From Candidatus Eiseniibacteriota bacterium (lineage in GTDB: Bacteria > Eisenbacteria > RBG-16-71-46 > CAIMUX01 > VGJL01): a stretch of DNA of 64,000 bases. The notes under the pieces are model-generated. The model was not told the origin of the DNA, searched no databases, and worked only from the letters and a program-made list of their open reading frames with translations. Made by a program: the position numbers and the translations under genes. Of the stretch, positions 57,303 through 64,000 are shown piece after piece (within the stretch, counting starts at the first letter, position 1; every line of letters begins with the position of its first letter). Location of the stretch: NCBI GenBank assembly GCA_041946735.1, contig JBHGAY010000001.1, forward strand, positions 192,001 to 256,000, in the 5' to 3' direction.

Positions 57303-60300
57303 TCAGCGACGGCTTCTCGACCGCAGTTCCGGCTTCAGGGAGGCGGCCTCGGCCGCCAGGGCTTGCATGCGAGGCGAGGGGGACAGGTCGAGATCCTGGG
57401 CCAGGCGCTCCTCGTAGCGGTGGTACGCCTCGAGCGCATCGTGCCGGTTCCCGGAACGAGCCAGCGCATGGATGAGGTGCCAGGCGATCTCTTCGCTGTA
57501 CGGATCGTGGAGCAGCCCGCGCCGGGAAAGCGGAATCACCTTCTCCCATCCCCGTCCGCCCGCGTGGATCTCGATCAGCCGCCGCAGCGCGCTCAGGTAG
57601 AGGTCCCGAGCATCCTCGCGGGCCGCCGCAAGGAACTCCTCGTACGGACTCTCCTCGAAGAGATCCCCGCGGTACAAGTCGACCGCCTCCTGAAGCGTCT
57701 TCTCGGCGCGGCGGCGGCGGCCCTGGTCGAGCCATCGCTCCCCCGTCGCGATCCTGCGCTCGAACTCCTCGAGATCCGACTCGCCTCCTTCGCCTGGGTC
57801 GAAGCGGTACGCCTCGTTACGGAAGCGCACGTACGGGGAAGCGTGCGTTCCGCCGGCGTCGCTCTCCAGAGCGCGCCGGAGGAGGTGCACGCTCTGGCGC
57901 AGGTTGTTCCGCCCCTTCTCCGGATCCGCATCCGGCCAGAGCGTCTCGAGGATCAGATCGGCCGGCACCCAGCGCCCTCTCTGAAGGAAGAGGTACTGCA
58001 GAAGGCGCGTCGCGCGCGCGGAGCGTAGGCGCTCGGGCCCGATCACCTCGCCGCTCGGCAGCAGGATGCGGAAGGGACCGAGGACCTGGAGCCGCAAGGG
58101 GACGGCAGGAGCGTTCTTCAGATCAGCCGCCGCGCTGCGGGCGGCCCACCCCGCGTCGGAGTCCTTGCGCCCCTCGCGCTCGAGGATCCGTTGCGCCCGG
58201 AAGCCGCCTATCTGGGCGAGGGTCTCGATGAAACGGCGGCGGACCGGATCTTCCACCTTCTCCATCGCTTCCTCGATGGCAGGCACCGCCCTCTCGCCGA
58301 TTGCCGCGAGCATCGCAGCCGCGAAATCGGGCTCGATCTCCTTCGCGATCGCCCTGGCGAGGACGACCACCGCCCGGTCCGGCTCGATCTCCGTGAGCAG
58401 GAACCGGTGATCGAGCCGGGCGATCCCGGCGAGGAACTCCGCCAGCGCCCTCGCTTCCCGGCGTGGCGCGACGTCTCCGGCGGCGAGGCGCAGGAGCAGC
58501 ACTTCATGGAGACCGAAGGATGACCCGATCCTCCGGTAGATCGTTTCCGCGCGCCGCCACCAGCGCCCCGCCACCGAGGCGGCAACGGGCGACGGCGGCC
58601 GCGCGCGGCCGAGCGTTACGTAGCATCGCGCCTCGACGTAGGGAGAGCGACCGCGGCGCGTGTGCGCCAGCACCTCCCGCGCCAGGATCTCCGCGGCCGG
58701 CCGGTTGCCTTCGAGCAAATGGGCAGCGGCGAGTCCGAGCTGCGGCCACGTGAGAAGCGACAGTTCCCCGAGTTGCTCGCCGAGCTGCCTCGCACGCCCG
58801 AGGTGCATCCGGGCGGCGGCCGGGTTCCGCGCAAGGAGCGCGCAGATGCCGAGCGTGTAGTGGCAGTATCCTTCCGCCATCCGGTACTCGAGGCTTTCGG
58901 CCAGGCGGAGCGCCCGCTCGGCGAGATCGCGCGCTTCGCGCGGCTCTCCCGCGGCGGCCGCATGCTGCGCGATCCCCATCATGGAATGGCAGATCCAGTG
59001 CGGATCGCCCAGTCGCTGGAAGAGGACGAGCGCCTGCCGTCCCGCCTCCTTCGCGCGCCGGTAGTCGCCACGGTAGTAGTGAACGTTCGCCGCGAGCAGG
59101 CAGAGGACTCGCCCTTCCCCGCTCGCATCGTCGATCCCTCGAAAGATCCGGATGGCTCGATCGAAATGTCTCTCCGCTTCCGCCAGCCTGCCCATCTCTC
59201 CGGCCGAGACCCCGAGAAGGCAGAGCACGCGACCTCGAAGCTGCGCGGACTTCCTGCCGGGCTGCCGGAGCGCCTCGACGCAGGCCCGCTCTCCTTCGCC
59301 GTATTCTCCGCGCCGGATGTGCGCCTGCCCGAGCAGGCTGAGCAGCTCCGCCTTCGCCAGTCCCCGCGCGACGAGAATCGCCTTCCCATACGTCCGCCGC
59401 GCCTCCTCCCACTCGCCGTGGGTTTCCTGCATGCGCCCGAGCACGGTCAGAGCCGCAGGATGCTGGGACAGCATCGAGTCCGGAATGCTCTCGAGGGCGC
59501 GGCGCAGGACTCGATAATTGCCCGCGGGCAGGAGCTTCTCCCCGAGACGCTCGATCACGGCGAGGGTGGCCCGAGGATCGCCGCCCTCCGCATACTCCAT
59601 CGCCGCCTCCGCCCAGGCTCCCGCCGCCGCCAGCTCCTCGGCGCAGCGAAGCCTTAGCCGTCGCGCCTCCTCCGGGTCGCTCTCGCGGGCGAGCCGGTCC
59701 TTCAGGAACTCGCGAAAGAGGTGGTGATAGCGATACGAAGGAGGGTCGCGGCGAATCGGGAAGGTGAAGAGGTTGCGGGAGCAGAGCGCCTCGAGCCGGG
59801 CGGCGCTGTCGTCAACGCCGAGAACGCGGTCGCACAGTCCCGGCTCCATGGAGGGCAGGACCGAGGAGCGCCGCAGAAACTCCCGCGTCGCCGGATCCAG
59901 GTCGCCCAGGACCTCTTCGGCGAAGTAGGCGAACCACCCGGCGCCCGCCTGCGTCGAGCGATCCAGCGCCTCCTCGATCGCCCACGGCGACCCGCCGGAG
60001 GCCTGGAGAAGGATTTCGATGCCGGCTGCCCATCCTTCGGTCTCCGAGAGAAGCCGGCGGACCAGCGCCGGCTGGATTCCGGCGGCCGGGAAGCGTTGCA
60101 GGAGGAACGACGAGAGCTCCTCCTCCGTGAACTGAAGATCGCGAGTGCCTATGCGGGCGACGGAACCGAGCGACTGCAGCCGCGCCGTCGCCATGGGGAC
60201 CGGTTCGCGAGACGAGAGAACCATCGAGCACGAGTCGGGGAGCGCCTGCGCCAGGCGCTCGAGGAACCGTAGGGCCTCGGCGCACTGCCCTACGTGCTGG

Positions 60301-60689
60301 ACGTCATCGAAGAGAAGGACGATTCCCGAATCGTGAGCGATCGCCGCCCGGAGAAGGCTCGCGAGGAGGGCCGAATCCGAGAGCCTCCCGGCCTTGTGGG
60401 CGAGCGCCTCCGCACGCGCCGGCGAGCGCGAGTCGAGATCCCGGAGGGTGCCCGCCAGACGCGAGGCGAACGTCGCCGGGTCGGCGTCCAGCTCCTCGAG
60501 AGAGTGCCAGATCACCGGGCGGGCGCTCTTTCGAGCCTGCTCGGCGAGGAACGAAGTCTTGCCGAAGCCCGCGCCAGCCGTAACGAGGATCAGCCGATGC
60601 GCGGCCGCCTGCTGCCAAACGGCGTCCAGGCGCGGGCGCGGCAGGTAGTGAAGAGGCAGGGGTGGCGTGTGAGGCGTCGTCACGGCCAT
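57303..60689 (-). CDS. MalT-like ATPase-TPR regulator with C-terminal wHTH/BTAD domain
   Basis: AGAGFGKT, LLFDD, TEGWAAG, YRYHHLFREF, TPRs, LGPF..LWPD..LRRAL, LYRGDL and DPYSE. Confidence 0.9.
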   Translation of the reverse strand: MAVTTPHTPPLPLHYLPRPRLDAVWQQAAAHRLILVTAGAGFGKTSFLAEQARKSARPVIWHSLEELDADPATFASRLAGTLRDLDSRSPARAEALAHKAGRLSDSALLASLLRAAIAHDSGIVLLFDDVQHVGQCAEALRFLERLAQALPDSCSMVLSSREPVPMATARLQSLGSVARIGTRDLQFTEEELSSFLLQRFPAAGIQPALVRRLLSETEGWAAGIEILLQASGGSPWAIEEALDRSTQAGAGWFAYFAEEVLGDLDPATREFLRRSSVLPSMEPGLCDRVLGVDDSAARLEALCSRNLFTFPIRRDPPSYRYHHLFREFLKDRLARESDPEEARRLRLRCAEELAAAGAWAEAAMEYAEGGDPRATLAVIERLGEKLLPAGNYRVLRRALESIPDSMLSQHPAALTVLGRMQETHGEWEEARRTYGKAILVARGLAKAELLSLLGQAHIRRGEYGEGERACVEALRQPGRKSAQLRGRVLCLLGVSAGEMGRLAEAERHFDRAIRIFRGIDDASGEGRVLCLLAANVHYYRGDYRRAKEAGRQALVLFQRLGDPHWICHSMMGIAQHAAAAGEPREARDLAERALRLAESLEYRMAEGYCHYTLGICALLARNPAAARMHLGRARQLGEQLGELSLLTWPQLGLAAAHLLEGNRPAAEILAREVLAHTRRGRSPYVEARCYVTLGRARPPSPVAASVAGRWWRRAETIYRRIGSSFGLHEVLLLRLAAGDVAPRREARALAEFLAGIARLDHRFLLTEIEPDRAVVVLARAIAKEIEPDFAAAMLAAIGERAVPAIEEAMEKVEDPVRRRFIETLAQIGGFRAQRILEREGRKDSDAGWAARSAAADLKNAPAVPLRLQVLGPFRILLPSGEVIGPERLRSARATRLLQYLFLQRGRWVPADLILETLWPDADPEKGRNNLRQSVHLLRRALESDAGGTHASPYVRFRNEAYRFDPGEGGESDLEEFERRIATGERWLDQGRRRRAEKTLQEAVDLYRGDLFEESPYEEFLAAAREDARDLYLSALRRLIEIHAGGRGWEKVIPLSRRGLLHDPYSEEIAWHLIHALARSGNRHDALEAYHRYEERLAQDLDLSPSPRMQALAAEAASLKPELRSRSRR

Positions 60690-61020
60690 CGACCCGGCCT
60701 CGCTTTTGCGACGGCATTCAGGCAGTGAAAGAGATCCTCCGTCGCGGTTGCCGGCCGGTTCGATCCCCACGGAACCATCGGCCGCAGGGACGGAACACTT
60801 GCGCATGCGAGGATAGCGGAGGGGGGTCGCAGCGGCAACGGCGATGCCGCTGCACGCCGGGGCCCGGCCCGCGAAGGCCCCGCGATCCCAACCGGCGGGG
60901 AGCCGGCACCGCAACCCTTCCCGGCCGCTCTTCCCCGCCCTTCTTGCGTAACTCCCGAGTAACTGGCCGCTCCTACGGTGCCGGCGTGCTCTCGTCCAGG
61001 CCGGCAATGCCACGAAACGG

Positions 61021-61060
61021 AACGAAGACAGACGAAGACAGACGAAGGCAAACGAAGGCA
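61021..61060. repeat. Four 10-bp direct repeats RACGAAGRCA
   Basis: AACGAAGACA GACGAAGACA GACGAAGGCA AACGAAGGCA. Confidence 0.9.
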
Positions 61061-61075
61061 GAGGAGAGCCGTGGA

Positions 61076-61387
61076 ATGTCGACGTTCGTCATCCGCTTCT
61101 TCCAGAGCGACGCGGAATCGTTTCGAGGCCGCGCTAGGCACGTGCGAAGCGGAGAGGAGACCTCCTTCTCCTCACGCTCGGAGTTGTGGTCGTTCCTCGA
61201 GCGGATGAACGCGAGCGGGCGGGCGGACCCCGATCGCGAGCCGACCGCCGATCGGGATCCCGGGGCAGCTCCGGCCGGTGGCTCCGGCATCGCGACCGCC
61301 GATCTCGGCGGCGCGCGATCGCCGGAGCGGACGCCCCCTCCGGAGGCCCGGCAACGAGGGAGGGGAAGAACCACGGGACATGCGTGA
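61076..61387 (+). CDS. Small hypothetical protein divergent from the BTAD regulator
   Basis: MSTFVIRFF..FRGRARHVRSGEETSFSS..ELWSFL plus a low-complexity tail. SD GAGGAG. Confidence 0.7.
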   Translation: MSTFVIRFFQSDAESFRGRARHVRSGEETSFSSRSELWSFLERMNASGRADPDREPTADRDPGAAPAGGSGIATADLGGARSPERTPPPEARQRGRGRTTGHA

Positions 61388-61492
61388 GCGCCGTCCGAGG
61401 GCTAGCGGCCGGTCGTGACCGTGTTCGGCGGGGAGAGCGAAAGGGACAGGCTCTTCCGTCGCAGCGAGACGGTGATGCGGCGGCCCTCGGAC

Positions 61493-61525
61493 GGCTGATT
61501 CCTGGCTGATTCCTGGCTGATTCCC
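61493..61525. repeat. Three 11-bp direct repeats GGCTGATTCCY
   Basis: Units at 61493, 61504 and 61515. Confidence 0.9.
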
Positions 61526-61573
61526 GGCGGCCGGCTGCCGCCGACTCCCGGCCAAGCCGACTCCCGCCGGATC

Positions 61574-61611
61574 CCCGGCCCCACTCCCGGCCCCACTCCC
61601 GGCCCGACACT
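61574..61611. repeat. 12-bp tandem repeat CCCGGCCCCACT, two copies plus a variant
   Basis: Units at 61574 and 61586; variant at 61598. Confidence 0.8.
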
Positions 61612-61641
61612 CCGCCTTGCTGAGCGGTCCCCTGCGGGCGA

Positions 61642-63195
61642 TCAGCGCGGCAGCAGGACGACCGCCCGCGACTCCTCGATGCCGGACCCGGGCAGGAAGA
61701 GCTGCACGAAGTAGACGCCACCCGGGAGGCGAGGCGAGACGCCCTCGCCGCCGGCCTGCCAGCGGAACGTATGCGCTCCCGCCGCCAGCTCGCGATTCAC
61801 GAGTGTCGCCGCGATCTTCCCCTCCGCCGTCACGATCCGCAGCCGGACCCGCTCCGCCTCAGGCAACGCGAGCGTGAGCTGCACCTCTCCCGGGGACGGA
61901 TTCGGCCACGGCGGGGCGAGGAGCAGACGCCGTCCGCTCGCCTCCTCGGACCCATCCGGAGGGATCGCGGCGGCCGGGCAACCCGCGCCGAGAGCGCCGA
62001 CCCAGGACTGGCAGGCGCTCAGATCGGGGAAGCAGGCGGACTGCCTCGAGACGGTGTAGTCGCCGTCGAGCGTGGGAGCGTCGGTGCAGAGAGCCGGGCC
62101 GCAGAAGTGAGGATCCTCGAACCGGTTGCCTCCTTCGTCGAAGATCTCGCCTCCGCTGATCGAGACCGCCTGTGAGTCGGCGACGGAGCACGAGAGGTGG
62201 ATCGTCCCGTAGGAGGCGAGGATGGAGGGGCCGACCGCCGCGCAGTTGCCCGCCACCACGCAGCCGACGATCGTCAAGGAGCTGTTCATCGACACGATCC
62301 CGCCGCCCTGCCAGATCCAAGCGTCATTGCCTGCGATCGTCGTCCTCTCGACGAGGTTGTGGCCCCCGTAGGAGGTGATCCCCGCCCCGAGCCCCGAGAC
62401 GTTGCCGGCAACCACGCAGCCCGTGACCACCGCATCGCCCCCGAGCAACAAGCCTCCTCCCCAACCGGAGTCGTCGAGTCCATTGCGCGCGTCGTTGCCC
62501 CGGATGTCGCAGTCGACGATGCGGGGCGCTCCGGTCCCCCCGCAGTCGATCCCGCCGCCGTAGCCGCCGGAATTCTCGTAGATCCGGCAGTCCCGGATCG
62601 TCGGGCTCGACCCGAGCCGGCAGGCGATCCCGCCACCGTAGCTCGCCGTGTTTCCGCGAATCGTGCAGCCCTCGATGAGGGAGTTGGAGCTCCAGAGCAA
62701 GATGCCGCCGCCGTCCTCGCCCGTCAGGGAGACGAAGTTGTCTGCGACGACGCAGTCACGGATCGTGGGGGACGTGTAGTCGCAGAAGATGCCCGCGCCG
62801 CCGGTGCCGGGCTCGTACCCTCCGCGGATCGTCAGCCCCTCGATCACGGTCGAGGGACCTTCCCCCGCGGAGATATGGAATCCGCGATGCCCCAGTTCCG
62901 GGGTCCCCTCGACGTCGAGGATCGTCACCTCGGCCCCTTGCTCCGAACGGACGACGATCGCCTTGCCGGCAAGCGAGATGTCGCGGTTGCCGGTGCCGGT
63001 GTACGTCCCGGGAGCGATCAGGACGGTGTCGCCTTGCTGCGCGGTGGCGATCGCCTGCTGGATCGTCCCGTATTGCGATGGGACGCGAAGCGTCGAGGCG
63101 CGGGCAGTCCCGCCGGCGATGATGAGGACGGCCACTACGGCCGCAGCGAAGGGAGCAACGCCGGACCGCGCGAAACCGCAGATGCGCACGAGCAT
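61642..63195 (-). CDS. Secreted right-handed parallel beta-helix protein with FlgD-Ig-like tail
   Basis: TIQQAIA..GDTVLIAPGTY, GN.A..GGGI repeats, DPHFC..GDY..C..GALGAGC and a PWPNPS..GVYF tail. SD GGAGGAGG. Confidence 0.87.
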   Translation of the reverse strand: MLVRICGFARSGVAPFAAAVVAVLIIAGGTARASTLRVPSQYGTIQQAIATAQQGDTVLIAPGTYTGTGNRDISLAGKAIVVRSEQGAEVTILDVEGTPELGHRGFHISAGEGPSTVIEGLTIRGGYEPGTGGAGIFCDYTSPTIRDCVVADNFVSLTGEDGGGILLWSSNSLIEGCTIRGNTASYGGGIACRLGSSPTIRDCRIYENSGGYGGGIDCGGTGAPRIVDCDIRGNDARNGLDDSGWGGGLLLGGDAVVTGCVVAGNVSGLGAGITSYGGHNLVERTTIAGNDAWIWQGGGIVSMNSSLTIVGCVVAGNCAAVGPSILASYGTIHLSCSVADSQAVSISGGEIFDEGGNRFEDPHFCGPALCTDAPTLDGDYTVSRQSACFPDLSACQSWVGALGAGCPAAAIPPDGSEEASGRRLLLAPPWPNPSPGEVQLTLALPEAERVRLRIVTAEGKIAATLVNRELAAGAHTFRWQAGGEGVSPRLPGGVYFVQLFLPGSGIEESRAVVLLPR

Positions 63196-63507
63196 GAACG
63201 GTCCTCCTCCATGGAAGATCGAGCCCCCCGGAGTGCTTCCGAGAATGGGAATTTCGGAGGCATGAGCCCGTCCGTCCTGCAGCATTCGCATGGCCGGGCC
63301 CCTCGTCGGCGTCGTCTGCTGGCTGCGCACGTGTGTCGATCTGCGATTGACGGAAGACAGTATATCGCAAATCCAGACGTTCGGTCGAGTTGCCGCCTCG
63401 CCGGACCGGGCCTGCCCGGCCGGACACGGCCGCCGCGCCGCTCGCCGCGCCGGCCCCTACCGCGGCATCCCTCGCGTCGCCGGCCGCTGTCCGCCGCCCG
63501 GGCGGGC

Positions 63508-63516
63508 TGCTAGAAT
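63508..63516 (+). promoter_or_regulatory. Extended -10 promoter for ispH
   Basis: TGcTAGAAT, 35 nt before ATG 63552. Confidence 0.5.
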
Positions 63517-63551
63517 CGAAAGGTGCCGCATCAACCGCGAAGGGACGGGGC

Positions 63552-64000
63552 ATGAGCGAGTCGCGCTATTACCGCAAGGGGTTCGACAACCGGGCCGAGA
63601 TCCTTCCGATGCTGGAGCAGGACTATCGGAGCGGCGTCGTCGAGTGGATGCAGACGCATGGACGCCGCCTCCGTCACGGGGAGACGACGCTCGTCCTCGC
63701 TCGGGAGTTCGGCTTCTGCTATGGGGTCGACCGCGCGATCGAGTACGCATACGAGACGCGGCGCCGCTTTCCCGAGCGCCGGATCTTCATCACCGGCGAG
63801 ATCATCCACAATCCCTGGGTCAACCGGCGCCTCCAAGAGATGGGGATCGAGCGGCTCCCGCACGGCGAGAATCAGGACGAGCGCTTTGCGGAGGTGACGG
63901 CCGACGACGTCGTCCTGATCCCCGCCTTCGGCATCGAGCGGCCCGAGCTCGACCGCCTGCGCCAGCGCGGTCCGATCCTCGTAGATACCACCTGCGGCTC
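63552..64000 (+). CDS. ispH: 4-hydroxy-3-methylbut-2-enyl diphosphate reductase (5' part, truncated by the window edge)
   Basis: Translated by hand: AREFGFCYGVDRA, GEIIHNPWVN, IPAFG and VDTTCG. Not in the supplied ORF track. Confidence 0.92.
   Translation, partial: MSESRYYRKGFDNRAEILPMLEQDYRSGVVEWMQTHGRRLRHGETTLVLAREFGFCYGVDRAIEYAYETRRRFPERRIFITGEIIHNPWVNRRLQEMGIERLPHGENQDERFAEVTADDVVLIPAFGIERPELDRLRQRGPILVDTTCG

Overview
High-GC bacterial chromosomal window with about 45 credible protein-coding genes. I see no rRNA, tRNA, CRISPR array or transposase. Many secreted proteins end in either a FlgD-Ig/T9SS-A-like tail or a short WGxxK/RxxFR tail, which suggests Candidatus Eisenbacteria or a related FCB-associated lineage (inference). 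Housekeeping and metabolic genes: tdh, hppD-hmgA, a TolA/TonB-like gene with tolB-pal-cpoB, an ABC-ATPase-domain protein, a Pat-type acetyltransferase, era, hutH, typA, two RRM proteins and the start of ispH. Secreted cargo includes M36/M4 and M1 peptidases, beta-helix and beta-propeller proteins, a spondin-domain protein and a 6-heme cytochrome. Regulators include an ECF/FecR pair, an HK/NtrC pair and a MalT/BTAD protein. The best candidate for an undescribed system is a minus-strand operon (46703-41852). It encodes a KaiC-like ATPase + REC + degenerate GGDEF protein with an RxxD I-site (the BcsE domain order, but with ATPase and receiver motifs intact), a TPR/beta-barrel protein, a PgaC/IcaA-like synthase and two small membrane proteins, one BcsF-like. 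The second highlight is two apparently interchangeable C-terminal sorting tails. All family assignments come from reading motifs by eye; no database search was run.
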